Below are positions 1-9,826 of a stretch of DNA of 53,198 bases, piece after piece. The stretch is from assembly GCA_016208715.1 (NCBI GenBank), contig JACQXV010000027.1:1-53198 (forward strand). Direction: 5' to 3'. The DNA is from Candidatus Woesearchaeota archaeon. Its GTDB lineage: Archaea > Nanobdellota > Nanobdellia > Woesearchaeales > UBA11576. The stretch's first letter is position 1. The number at the start of each line of letters is the position of its first letter. The position numbers and the translations under genes were made by a program. The notes under the pieces are model-generated. The model saw only the letters and a list, made by a program, of their open reading frames with translations. It made no database searches and was not told where the DNA came from.

Positions 1-219
1 CGAATGCCGCCTGAAGGTGCCAGCTGACTTTTCAGCTGCGGGGGATGTCAGCCGTCGCTGGTAGTATGACTATCACGAGCCAGGCGTGGTGCTGATTGAG
101 CGAAGACGCGCGCAACGCGGCTGAGCGGTGCTGGTCAAACATTCTACTTCAGAGCTTTTCAATAACGCCTACTGGCAAATAACTTTATAAAGAATTCAGT
201 AAACTAATCTCTCAAATCT

Positions 220-294
220 GGACCTGTAGCGCAGCCTGGATAGCGCGGCAGCCTTCTAAGCTGTAGGTCGGGGGTTCAAATCCCCTCAGGTCCG
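220..294 (+). tRNA. tRNA-Arg (anticodon TCT)
   Basis: Folded manually. Acceptor ggacctg/caggtcc, D-stem gcgc/gcgc, anticodon stem gcagc/gctgt with loop cttctaa (TCT), T-arm ggggg-ttcaaat-cccct. No intron. Confidence 0.85.
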
Positions 295-501
295 TAGCCG
301 AGTGGATAATTGCCTATTTTCCGATTCGAGCCGTGCGAGAATCGGTATGAGTGGTCTCGGAACCGTCAGGTTCTGAGGAGCTACGCTTCCGAGACCACTA
401 TATGCATCAACATACTCTTCGTCCATCTCTAACGCTTTCTTAAAACACTGAATTGCTTTCTTCTCGTTGCCCGCTTCGATCCATTCGAGGCCGTCGTAAT
501 A

Positions 502-966
502 TTAATCTTCTTTGGTTTCTTCAAGCGGGGTGAAAGGGAGGCCTTTCTCAGTTGCATTTTCACGTGGCAGTATGAAGCCGCTTTCGAGCATCACCATCTG
601 CTTAAGCGGATTCTCTTCAGCAATCTCTTTTCGGCAGAATCGATCATCACAGAATTCGATCTTAAGCAGTTTTTTGATTTCAGAAGCAGTGTTCCCTATT
701 GTTTTTTGGCGCAAGCTGAACAATTCCGCAAGTGATTTCTGCGCCCAATTCTTGTCATGCTCCCATAAAAGGTTGCTCGAAGAATAAACCCACAGGATGG
801 AGGCCACCAGAACTACCGGATCTGAACGGGAAGTGCCCCTCCGTTTCTTCCAATAGGCATCCCATAGTTTGAGGAGTTTTTTCTCATCTTCTTCTGTGAA
901 GTGGAGCTTGTATTTATGTTTAAAAAGTAAGTCTTTGACATAGGCGTATTTATCTTCGTTCATCAT
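502..966 (-). CDS. hypothetical protein (154 aa); the in-frame sequence past the stop encodes a TPR-like peptide
   Basis: ORF track only; no recognisable family. Confidence 0.4.
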   Translation of the reverse strand: MMNEDKYAYVKDLLFKHKYKLHFTEEDEKKLLKLWDAYWKKRRGTSRSDPVVLVASILWVYSSSNLLWEHDKNWAQKSLAELFSLRQKTIGNTASEIKKLLKIEFCDDRFCRKEIAEENPLKQMVMLESGFILPRENATEKGLPFTPLEETKED

Positions 967-994
967 TTTCCCTTTTTCTTATCATGTCAAAATC

Positions 995-2086
995 TTAAGG
1001 CAACCATGTCTCCTGCTTCTTAAGTTTCTCTGGCAGGTATGTGTCGATAACGTAGTTGAGCGAGTGCGCTGCAAACGCCTGCTGCTCCACTCTTTTCTTC
1101 ATCTTGGTCATGTCGTCGAGTGCTTTCTGCCATTCCTTGTGTGCCTGTACGAATGGATCATTCTTGATGCCGTCCTTGATCCTCTTCACGTCTACATCCT
1201 TGAGCGGGTGGGTTGGCAGCTTATAGTCGATGATGTCCTGCGGCGTCACTCCTAAAAATTTCGCTTGTGGGACGCAGAAGAACTTGTTGATGTGTGCGGC
1301 GTTTCCTGATCCTACTTTGAGTGTTCGGTAGATGTTTAGGTATCCATAGGGATCTCCATCAGTGAACACGTAAACCGGCAGTTTTCTTTCATCTGCAAGT
1401 CGCCGGATAAATCGGCGTGTGGCCCGCGTAGGCACGCCCCCCATGGAAATAAGGATACAGTGCGCTTTTTTCCAGTAGTTGTGCTTCACCAGGCGCTGGA
1501 ACGCTCCGGCAGTTTCAATTGCAAGAATAAACTTTGCATTTGTCTTAAATTGTAAATGTTCAACACTTGAAGGAACCGAATACGCTCCAGACCCGAACTT
1601 AGTGCAGTCGATCTCGAGGCGGTTCCCTTCACCGTCTTTATCGATAACAATGAGATTGCCAGCAACCTCCCCCCCTTTCTCTTCAGGTATGAACCCGATC
1701 TGTTCGCGGTTCACGTGCAGCATAGCTTCTATGTCGTCCATGACCGCATCTGATTCGGGCTGTTCCTGGAACCGTGCGTCCCCCCAGTTTTTTGAGATGT
1801 AGTACACTTCTCTTTTCGTTGCGATATCGTCTGTATCGATGATTTTTTTGGACTCATTCATCATGAGCAGCGTTTGCGCAAATGTTTTAACAGTCGATGC
1901 CGTGAGTGCGCGTTCTTTCTCCTTTCCAACGAGCTCAAAATATCCTTCCTTCGGGTCGTAAGTGACGTTTTGAAGTGAGCGCAGCGGAATGTTGAGGCTG
2001 GGAAGTTCTTTTTTCTTGATATGTTCAAACACGTTCTTAGCGACTTGGGTGATTTGGGCTGAGACGGTTGTTGTCATGGCATGCAC
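995..2086 (-). CDS. top6A: DNA topoisomerase VI subunit A (Spo11/Top6A)
   Basis: 363 aa. Toprim motif YVFTDGDPYG and winged-helix N-terminus. Immediately downstream of top6B, the canonical operon order. Confidence 0.93.
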   Translation of the reverse strand: MHAMTTTVSAQITQVAKNVFEHIKKKELPSLNIPLRSLQNVTYDPKEGYFELVGKEKERALTASTVKTFAQTLLMMNESKKIIDTDDIATKREVYYISKNWGDARFQEQPESDAVMDDIEAMLHVNREQIGFIPEEKGGEVAGNLIVIDKDGEGNRLEIDCTKFGSGAYSVPSSVEHLQFKTNAKFILAIETAGAFQRLVKHNYWKKAHCILISMGGVPTRATRRFIRRLADERKLPVYVFTDGDPYGYLNIYRTLKVGSGNAAHINKFFCVPQAKFLGVTPQDIIDYKLPTHPLKDVDVKRIKDGIKNDPFVQAHKEWQKALDDMTKMKKRVEQQAFAAHSLNYVIDTYLPEKLKKQETWLP

Positions 2087-2104
2087 CTCGCGATCGTTTT
2101 GTTT

Positions 2105-3874
2105 TTATTTCTCATCTTCAGAGTTCTCTTCTGTTTCTTGTTCAGCGTCATCTTCATAGATGTCTTCCTCGCTTGTTTTTCCGACGAGAGCAAATTCCTC
2201 ATTGTATTCTTCATTGGATGCCTCGATGTGTGCAAGCGCTCCACGTTTTTGTTCAAGGAGTTCTTTGAGGTTCTCTTCGGTACTCATGCGTTGAGCTTCA
2301 GGCAGCGAGAGCAGTTCTTTGAGCGCGGTTCCGATAGCGGGGATGTATTTTTCGATGTAGCTTCGTTTGGTCATCTCACTATGCAGTCGCTGTTTCTTGA
2401 GGACGTAGCGTGCGAGTTGTCGCCCGCATTCCTGTATGGCCAGTTTGATATCCTTTATCATTTCTGGATAGTGCGCGATTGCTTCCTTGCTTTCGCTAGT
2501 GAATGGCACCCAAACGGATGCGATGTGTACAACAACCGCGCAGGGCCCAACTGGCAATGCACCTTTACTTTGTTGAAGGCCATACTGCCTAAAGTTTGTC
2601 TGAATCACTGACGCAGTTATCGCACATGCAGACTGTTGATACTGCAGGGGAACCCGGTTTGCATATCGGTACAGTCTCACCATGTCATCTGCCTGCATTT
2701 CTCCACCGTAGGCCATTGCTGCTTCGACGATGAAAGGATTGCCACGATAAACTGATGGCGGTCGTGTGGTCGCGCAGTAGAATTCTGCCTTGACTTCTTT
2801 CTTGAGCCCTTTCTCGAGAAGCTCTGCGCCGATGGGGCTGATGCAGTCAGAAGGCGGCGCCATTATTTTTGTTTTTGAAAATGCGGCGATGATGCGTTCC
2901 GCTTGTTCTCTGCTAATCATCTCTGGCTTCACATTGACAAGGATGCCGGCGTGTTCACAGATTTCTTTTGCTATGGGAGGTGTTACGCGGCTGAACTCTG
3001 TGGTGAGAAAGCTTTGCATGGTTCGTGCTGTGGTGGACCCGAGTAGTTTTTGTAATAGGCCGAGTTCAACTCCGTATGGGTGAGGTTTGATCTCTTTGGC
3101 TTCAGGAGGTAATTGTTCTGTTGCGCGCGAGAAGACGAGTTGTTCTGCTCTGGGATTAGTGTAGATGATTGTCGCATGGGGATTCACGATGGCAGTTTGT
3201 TTGAGATATGCGTCGATGGACTGGCTTCCTTTGGAGTAAGTTGCTTCAAGGTCAATCTCAACGCGTGTGCCGCGATCTTTATGCCAGTCAACAATCGATT
3301 CTTTGAGGATCTTTGGCTGGTTGGTTTGTGTATCGATGTGGAGTTCGTAGTATTGCGCTGGCTCGTTCGGATGGATTTTTGAGGTGATTTTTGCGGCGCG
3401 TCCTGTGGTAAGCTGTCCGTACATGACGGATGCACTGATGCCTATCCCCTGCTGTCCGCGGCTCATCTTGAGGCGGTGGAACTTGCTTCCGTATAGGAGT
3501 TTTGCGAAGATTTTTGGGATCTGTTCCTTGACGATGCCGGGTCCATTGTCTTCGACGATGACGCGAAAGCGGTTTTCACTCATCTCGATGGCTTCAACAA
3601 TGATCTCGGGCAAGACATGTGCTTCTTCGCATGCGTCGAGCGAGTTGTCGACCGCTTCTTTGATTGTCGTGAGCAGTGCCTTTCGCGGATTATCGAATCC
3701 GAGCAGATGCCGGTTCTTCGCGAAGAATTCGGCGACGCTGATTTCGCGCTGTTGTTTTGCAAGGTCGTGTGCGGTGACGGTGTGAGTTTGTTCTTGTGTC
3801 GTGTTTGTTCTTGGGGTTTTTGCTTGTTGTGTTTTTTTTTCCATCGTTTTACTGCCTCTTTGTTTGAGCGTCAT
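2105..3874 (-). CDS. top6B: DNA topoisomerase VI subunit B (GHKL ATPase)
   Basis: 589 aa. Bergerat-fold motifs (EAVDNSLDA, GxGxG region) and a transducer domain. Adjacent to top6A. Confidence 0.93.
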   Translation of the reverse strand: MTLKQRGSKTMEKKTQQAKTPRTNTTQEQTHTVTAHDLAKQQREISVAEFFAKNRHLLGFDNPRKALLTTIKEAVDNSLDACEEAHVLPEIIVEAIEMSENRFRVIVEDNGPGIVKEQIPKIFAKLLYGSKFHRLKMSRGQQGIGISASVMYGQLTTGRAAKITSKIHPNEPAQYYELHIDTQTNQPKILKESIVDWHKDRGTRVEIDLEATYSKGSQSIDAYLKQTAIVNPHATIIYTNPRAEQLVFSRATEQLPPEAKEIKPHPYGVELGLLQKLLGSTTARTMQSFLTTEFSRVTPPIAKEICEHAGILVNVKPEMISREQAERIIAAFSKTKIMAPPSDCISPIGAELLEKGLKKEVKAEFYCATTRPPSVYRGNPFIVEAAMAYGGEMQADDMVRLYRYANRVPLQYQQSACAITASVIQTNFRQYGLQQSKGALPVGPCAVVVHIASVWVPFTSESKEAIAHYPEMIKDIKLAIQECGRQLARYVLKKQRLHSEMTKRSYIEKYIPAIGTALKELLSLPEAQRMSTEENLKELLEQKRGALAHIEASNEEYNEEFALVGKTSEEDIYEDDAEQETEENSEDEK

Positions 3875-3895
3875 TGCTGTTTGATCGTGCGCGTT

Positions 3896-4474
3896 TTATA
3901 AGTATCTTTCAGCTCCTTCTTTGAGTTCAATCTTGTTGCCGAACACGGTCTGGCGTTCTAACTCTTTTTTCTTTCGTTCTAGGAAGCGGTACACGGTCGC
4001 GTGTGTGCTGCCGGATAAAAGACTTTCAATCGCGCTTCGCGCTAGGGCGGCGTGTTCCGTCTCTCCGATGATGCCGATGGTCTTTCCGTACACGCTGATG
4101 TGTGTGCTCGTCAAAGTCTCGATCTGGTGGCGAGCCTTTCCTCCTTCTCCGATCACGCGTCCTTTGAGCCGTTCGATGGTGCTTTTTGATTTGCTGACGT
4201 AATCTGTGATGGTGAGAAGTTCAAAGACGCAATACGTTTTGAGGACGAGTTGCGCGGTTTGTGGATTGAATCCCCGCGCAATTGCTTTGACGACATCTTT
4301 GGCGAGAAAGAGTGCTAGTGAGTCGTCGCTCGTGAGACGTACTTCTCCCTCTTTTGAGTTCACGTTAATTTTACATTTGGTTTCTTCTTCAATTTGTTTT
4401 TTGATGTTGCCTTTTGTCCCAATGAGTACTGCGATGCGGTCTTTTGGGATTTTGACGTCGTAGACGAATTCCAT
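3896..4474 (-). CDS. KH-domain RNA-binding protein (Dim2/Pno1-like, two KH domains)
   Basis: 192 aa. GTKG/GKGG KH motifs. Classic archaeal neighbour of the rio1 kinase gene. Confidence 0.8.
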   Translation of the reverse strand: MEFVYDVKIPKDRIAVLIGTKGNIKKQIEEETKCKINVNSKEGEVRLTSDDSLALFLAKDVVKAIARGFNPQTAQLVLKTYCVFELLTITDYVSKSKSTIERLKGRVIGEGGKARHQIETLTSTHISVYGKTIGIIGETEHAALARSAIESLLSGSTHATVYRFLERKKKELERQTVFGNKIELKEGAERYL

Positions 4475-4500
4475 TATGCGAGCCTGCGTTTTTTGGGCAT

Positions 4501-5316
4501 TTATAAATTAATCCTTTGATCCCCTTTGATCTTGCTCTGTCCCGAATTATGATTTGATCTCGACCGCTGCTTGTCTGTTGTTGTTGTTTTTGTAGTTGGT
4601 TCGTTCATGACCCATTGTATGAGTTCTGTTTCATCAGTCGCGATTCCGTGTTTTTTGAAGAATCTGCTGATGTTATGGATGTCCCGCATTAAAAGCTCGT
4701 GTGCATTGCCACTTTCGATCGTTGTTCCTTGGGAAAAGTCGATGATGACTGGTGTCTCGTTGAAGTTGAGGATGTTGAATTCAGAGAGATCCCCGTGCAC
4801 GATGCCCTGCCTGTACATTTTTTGGATGGTAGCAATGACGGTGTCGAGAAACGCCTGAAGGTCTTTTGGAATTTTATCTTTGAGTTTTGGCGCAGGAGCA
4901 GGGATAAGGCCATTATCTCCAAGGTATTCCAAAACTAGAATGTTGTACAGGCGAGTTATTGGCAAAGGCACGCGCGCGCCTGCCTGTCGTGCTTTGAGCA
5001 GGTTTCGAAATTCGCGCTGCGCCCATGCAAAAATGATATCGCGGCGTTTGCTCTTCAGTCCGGTGTAGCGTACATCATATTTGAGGTAGTCATACATGCG
5101 GTTAAAATCGCAATTCTCCAGGCGGTAGATCTTGACTATGACTCTGCTGTCATCTTCACGTTTTGCCGTGAAGATATTTGCTTCTTTTCCGATGGATATT
5201 GGGCTTTCAAGCTCATCAAAATGCCCCTGGGAAGAAAGCTTGAAGAGATTTCGTAGAGTGAATTGGTCAAAGACATTCCCGTAAGTCTTGAACTTTTCTC
5301 TGGCTATCTTTGCCAT
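4501..5316 (-). CDS. rio1: RIO-type serine/threonine protein kinase (Rio1)
   Basis: 271 aa. IVHGDLSEFNIL catalytic loop, conserved lysine region and FDQ motif. Rio-KH gene pair. Confidence 0.88.
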   Translation of the reverse strand: MAKIAREKFKTYGNVFDQFTLRNLFKLSSQGHFDELESPISIGKEANIFTAKREDDSRVIVKIYRLENCDFNRMYDYLKYDVRYTGLKSKRRDIIFAWAQREFRNLLKARQAGARVPLPITRLYNILVLEYLGDNGLIPAPAPKLKDKIPKDLQAFLDTVIATIQKMYRQGIVHGDLSEFNILNFNETPVIIDFSQGTTIESGNAHELLMRDIHNISRFFKKHGIATDETELIQWVMNEPTTKTTTTDKQRSRSNHNSGQSKIKGDQRINL

Positions 5317-6497
5317 GGTGTGGAGGCGATGGGTTTCGTGGTGGTAAACAGTGAGCTAAACAATGATCGGTTGTCATCGGTGCTTTGGATGCGGCTATTT
5401 AAATATATTCGCGTTCTCGCGCTTATTTGTACTTGATAAGTAGTAAAACAAACGAAACATTTATATAGTGACAACCCTACCAGCCAGTAGTGATTATTAT
5501 TGTGTTGTGTAGGTGTAAAGGTTCACTCATGTTCGCATCAACTGTCTAAACACCTCTTTTCCCGGCATTGCTGTGGCTTTTCGCTGCAGCAATGCGGGGT
5601 TTATAATCACCTCTTTTTCCCTGGCGGGGTCGCGCAGCAATGAACGACTCTGCCCGGGTTTTTGATCCTGAAGAGTTTTTTGTGGTAACTTCATTGCGAA
5701 TTTCTTGGATCGCACAAAAATGCCAAACAAGCATAGCCCGCAGAGCTATACCGACTAGATTTAAGGCAGAGTCTTTGGTATGCACAAAAACAAATAGAAG
5801 ATTTTAAATAGAGTGTTTCAATTTCTGCTTGTAAAAACTACTTACATGGGTCCTTTTCTGAGCAGGACATTTGTCTTGCAGGGAAGTAAAGACACTCGTA
5901 GGTAGCACAGCCCGACACGAGAGTACTCAAGGAAGCTCACGATGACCATCAAGCGATGAACTTGGGAGTTAGTGGGCCGGGCAACATTTTTTTTAAAATA
6001 GATATGTTAGATTCGATGATTTTTTCGAAATTTTTGTATTTACAAATTTATAAAATATAATAAAAGGCATTATTCATTGCAGAAAGACTAAACTACAGAA
6101 AGACTAAACAAGACTAAGCCAAGCATTAAGTAACAGAAAGAGAGAGTCCCGATCATTCAATCATCCGTGTTTGATTTTTCATCATTATTCAATATTTGAT
6201 GAGACGAAAAAAGATAAGAACAATTGCGAACAGCCATCAAGGACTTTTTTGATGTGTGTTGTGTTTGCAGTTGTGAATGAACGGACTTCTTCATTGTTAC
6301 AGAAAGGAAATCATGAGAAATCATGATTACATTATTAATCCACGCAGCGGTGTTATGCACAGGTTCTCAGGAACTATGGTGCTGCTAGCTGCGATGGGTC
6401 GATCTTGTGCGGTTTTCTGATGCTCGGGCGTTGCTGAGGAATAGCAGATAACGAAATAGATAACAAATAACAAGATAGGTATAACGAGGATGATAGT

Positions 6498-7826
6498 ATG
6501 GCAAAGATTAGTCAAGTTTCATCGAAGTATATTGTCCACGCAAGCATCGATATCGATGGCGTGGTGGATCGCCCAGATGTGATTGGTGCAATTTTTGGGC
6601 AGACGGAAGGTTTACTCGGCTCAGATCTAGAGCTTCGCGAGTTGCAGCGTTCGGGAAGGATAGGCAGGATCGAAGTCAACACAGAAACGCGCGCAGGAAA
6701 GACAACAGGAATGCTCGTGATCCCGTCGAGTCTCGATAAGGCAGAGACTGCCATCATTGCGGCAGCGATGGAGATCATCCAGCGTATCGGCCCGTGCAAC
6801 GCTAAGATCCGCGTTCAGAAGATTGAGGACGTCCGCATTTCCAAGCGATCGTTTGTTGTAGAACGCGCGAAGGAACTCTTGCACACGCTTGCCGATGAAG
6901 TGCTGCCAGATTCTGCGGAGCTTGCTGAAGAAGTCGCTCATTCGGTGCGTGTGATGGAAATCACAGAGTATGGCAAAGAGCGCCTCCCTGCAGGTCCAGG
7001 AATCGAGGAGGCAGAGGAGATTATCGTGGTCGAAGGCCGTGCTGATGTGGTGACCATGCTTAAACATGGTTTCAAGAACATTGTAGCTATGAACGGCTCG
7101 TCCGTCCCGCAGACCATCATCGATCTGTGCCGCAAGAAAACCGTGACGGCATTTGTTGATGGCGATCGCGGAGGGGACCTCAACATTCAGGAATTACTGC
7201 AAGTTTCAGAGATTGATTACATAACCAAGGCCCCTGATGGAAAAGAAGTTGAGGAACTGACAAAGAAAGAAATTCACAAAGCACTGCGTTCGCGCATGAC
7301 CGCAGAACAGGCGCGGCTTGAGTTTACAGGCAAGAAGCCATTGCCACGGCCTTCGATGTCTCCACAGCCGAAGCCCCAGTATGGTGTTGTGGAGCAATCG
7401 CAAGCACCGCGTCCTCCGATGATGGCGCGATCCGCCTTGCCGCCAATGGTTGCAAGATCTGGCATTGCACCAATGCAACGCCCTCTGCAAGCGCGTCCTC
7501 CGATGCGAACTATGGCGACTCGCAGTCCATCAATCGGGGACGATGAGCGCAAGGCATTCAAGGTGATGCTGGAAGGCATGATCGGCACGCGCGGAGCGTA
7601 TATTTTGGATCAGAAGCTCAATATTCTTGGAAAGGTTCCGACATCAGAACTGGTGCCAACTGTGAAGAGTTTGACGACGGGCGTATATGCGATTGTTATG
7701 GACGGTTCTGTTGATAAGGAACTCGTTCCGGTCGCAGAGCGCATCAATGTGGCATACATTGTTGCGATGGATTCGACTGTGAAAGATGCACGTCTGACGA
7801 TCCTTACACCGGATAATCTGCAATAA
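6498..7826 (+). CDS. dnaG: archaeal DnaG primase-like protein (Toprim, exosome-associated), with an internal Pro/Met/Arg-rich insertion
   Basis: 442 aa. The N-terminus VVDRPDVIGAIFGQTEGLLG...ELQRSGRIGRIEV is the archaeal DnaG signature. Toprim acidic residues (VEGRADV, DGDRGGD). The low-complexity insertion lies at about aa 270-355. Confidence 0.9.
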   Translation: MAKISQVSSKYIVHASIDIDGVVDRPDVIGAIFGQTEGLLGSDLELRELQRSGRIGRIEVNTETRAGKTTGMLVIPSSLDKAETAIIAAAMEIIQRIGPCNAKIRVQKIEDVRISKRSFVVERAKELLHTLADEVLPDSAELAEEVAHSVRVMEITEYGKERLPAGPGIEEAEEIIVVEGRADVVTMLKHGFKNIVAMNGSSVPQTIIDLCRKKTVTAFVDGDRGGDLNIQELLQVSEIDYITKAPDGKEVEELTKKEIHKALRSRMTAEQARLEFTGKKPLPRPSMSPQPKPQYGVVEQSQAPRPPMMARSALPPMVARSGIAPMQRPLQARPPMRTMATRSPSIGDDERKAFKVMLEGMIGTRGAYILDQKLNILGKVPTSELVPTVKSLTTGVYAIVMDGSVDKELVPVAERINVAYIVAMDSTVKDARLTILTPDNLQ

Positions 7827-7837
7827 TTCTTTTTCTT

Positions 7838-8046
7838 GTATTTGTTTAGAGCGAGCGTAGCGAGCTGAGGGTTTAAACCCCCCGCCCTTTAGGGCGTGGG
7901 AGGAGATCATCTACTCAAATCGCAGTGTCATCACGACGCTCGCTGCGCACGTAAAACTGATTAAAGTCGCTGAACATGAACCTAGAATCGTGTGAGACGA
8001 TGTATGAACCACGAGCCCGCAGGTCGGCGGCGCCGCTAAACAAATG
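7838..8046. repeat. MITE-like element, family 1 (variant copy). TIRs gtatttgtttag...ctaaacaaat, 7-bp TSD ttttctt
   Basis: The inverted termini match the copies at 19491, 37505, 38683, 51503, 51661 and 53059. A flanking direct repeat is present. It sits exactly in the dnaG/kinase convergent intergenic region. Confidence 0.8.
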
Positions 8047-8590
8047 TTTTCTTCATATCTTTTTGCAGAATTTGGAGCTGTTTTTTCCATTCTTTTTCTT
8101 TATCTGTTATTATCGTCATCACTTTATGGCCTTCTTCAATCGCTTCCTGTCTGCAGACGTCGAATATCTCTGCGTCCAGGTTGTCTCTTATCTTCTGTTT
8201 CGTGTATTTTCTTATATGGAGCCTTTTCTTTAATGTTTTCAGGTCGCATTTTGTTATGATGCAGAAGTCTGTCTTTTTCGGGTCAACATAGTGCGACATG
8301 TGTGAATCAAGTATTATCCCTCGTGATCCGTTCTTCTTCTCCTCATCGATCGCTCTCTCGAGCCTTCTTGCAAGTTTCCTTTCGTCTACTATGAGGCATT
8401 TCATTTTCCTGTCATATCCTTCAGAAAGATTATTTCTTTTTATGAATGTTCCCACGTCGACATATCTGCCGGATGTTTGTTTCGCTAGAAATTTCGCGAT
8501 TGTTGTCTTTCCGCTCCCAGGTGTTCCGCTCACTGCTATCGTGAAGAATTTTTTCTTTGTGTTCTTTTTCTTTGTGTTTTGCTTTTTCAT
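8036..8590 (-). CDS. adenylate kinase isoenzyme 6 / Fap7-like P-loop NTPase
   Basis: 184 aa. P-loop GTPGSGKTT. The C-terminal DNLDAEIFDVCRQEA resembles AK6/Fap7 (DNIQCEIFQVLYEEA). Lys-rich N-terminus. Confidence 0.75.
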   Translation of the reverse strand: MKKQNTKKKNTKKKFFTIAVSGTPGSGKTTIAKFLAKQTSGRYVDVGTFIKRNNLSEGYDRKMKCLIVDERKLARRLERAIDEEKKNGSRGIILDSHMSHYVDPKKTDFCIITKCDLKTLKKRLHIRKYTKQKIRDNLDAEIFDVCRQEAIEEGHKVMTIITDKEKEWKKQLQILQKDMKKTFV

Positions 8591-9273
8591 CTTCTTTTTT
8601 CACGTATCTTTTTTATTATGAAATTCGCGGCAAAAAATACTGACAGTGCGCTGATCGCGCCTAATAGGAACCATGCCCAAGTCGGCAGAGTGCTTGCGGA
8701 TACAGATTGAACTGCGGTTAGTACCTGCTCTGGTTGTGTTACTGGAGCTGCTGCGAGCATCCTTGCGCCTTCTACTGCAGTGTCTGCAACGCTTTCCATC
8801 ATAGGGCTTGCCGCTCCCGCGACAGGTGCTGTTGATTTCATCATTAGCGTCGGTGCCTCTTGAGTTGTTCTTGAGAGATTGCTCGTTACGAGTTTGATCG
8901 CGACTGTGACTGCGCCTATGATTGTGAATGTGGCCATCAGTGTCTTGAGTTTCTCTTTTATGCTCTCTTTGGAGCCTTGTGGCGCGATGATCACGAACTG
9001 TTTTGCAAGTGAGTAATGCGTTACTTCTTTTCCTTTTGTGCTGTAGTGGTACTCGTCATCTTTCACTAGTTTTGCTTCAACTAGGTGTTTGAGATTATAG
9101 TGTGCTGTTGGTAACGGGATTCCTAAGTCTTTTGAGAGCTCTGACTCTGTGCAACTCTTATTTGAGAGGTGGCCGAGGATCTTTCTGCAGGTGTTGTTCT
9201 GGATGACTTCTGCCAGCTTCTTTGCCTTGCTGTCTGAAAGAGATACGAGGAGGAATGTTTGTTTAGCTGCCAT
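8587..9273 (-). CDS. membrane-anchored winged-helix (ArsR-like) DNA-binding protein
   Basis: 228 aa. N-terminal HTH (ELSKDLGIPLPTAHYNLKHL) and two C-terminal hydrophobic segments. Confidence 0.55.
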   Translation of the reverse strand: MAAKQTFLLVSLSDSKAKKLAEVIQNNTCRKILGHLSNKSCTESELSKDLGIPLPTAHYNLKHLVEAKLVKDDEYHYSTKGKEVTHYSLAKQFVIIAPQGSKESIKEKLKTLMATFTIIGAVTVAIKLVTSNLSRTTQEAPTLMMKSTAPVAGAASPMMESVADTAVEGARMLAAAPVTQPEQVLTAVQSVSASTLPTWAWFLLGAISALSVFFAANFIIKKIREKRR

Positions 9274-9538
9274 AGACTCTTGGGCGAGTTTATCTATTTA
9301 TATACTATCGGGTGGCTTCAAGCAGGGTGGAACCTTCTGACCGGTCTGAGCGGATTTGCACCTCAAACCACAATCCTTAAATACAACACTATTCTTATTC
9401 TCAGAACTAATCAACGCGAATCAGAATTATTTAGAGACTTTCAGAAAAAATAGATAATTTCAAAAAAATAATCTGAATATAAGATTATTTATATGAATAT
9501 AAAATATTCACTCAGCATTTTGGAAAAGAGGCATCTGC

Positions 9539-9826
9539 TTGAAGAAATATCCCAAGATCGTCCAGTGTGACGCACGCGGACAGATCGTAATCCCAAAGGA
9601 CGTTCGCCAAGAGTTAGGGATAGAGGCAGGCACCGGCTTCTGGATGTTTACTGTAACGAGTGAAGGCATTCTTCTAAAAAAGATTCCGCTCGAAGAGCTC
9701 TCGCCACACGATCACATTGTTTCTGAAGTGAAAGAGCACGCTACAAAGATTGGCATGAGCTCCAGAAACATCGACAAGGCAGTTGAGCAACACAAAAAGA
9801 AATTCGGAAAACTCGAAGAGCTATGA
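9539..9826 (+). CDS. AbrB/SpoVT/MazE-family DNA-binding protein
   Basis: 95 aa. RGQIVIPKDVRQELGI swapped-hairpin motif. TTG start. 4-bp overlap with the next gene. Confidence 0.65.
   Translation: MKKYPKIVQCDARGQIVIPKDVRQELGIEAGTGFWMFTVTSEGILLKKIPLEELSPHDHIVSEVKEHATKIGMSSRNIDKAVEQHKKKFGKLEEL

Noticed and set aside
2081-2611. 176-aa plus-strand ORF antisense to top6B. Similar long antisense ORFs lie at 6627-7067, 20354-21172, 35576-36040, 36137-36790, 40270-40851, 44319-44966, 48171-48797, 48798-49433 and 49430-50014
   Set aside because: Each is fully embedded antisense in a confidently identified conserved gene (top6B, dnaG, rnz, gyrA, THUMP-MTase, GTPase, the membrane protein, ppsA). Their composition is low-complexity Ser/Arg/Cys-rich, typical of shadow ORFs.
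5527-5960. Candidate RNase P or SRP RNA in the rio1-dnaG spacer
   Set aside because: I could not find the conserved P4/CR-I (GGAAAGUCCGGGCU) or SRP helix-8 motifs by eye, so there is no support beyond GC-rich structure.
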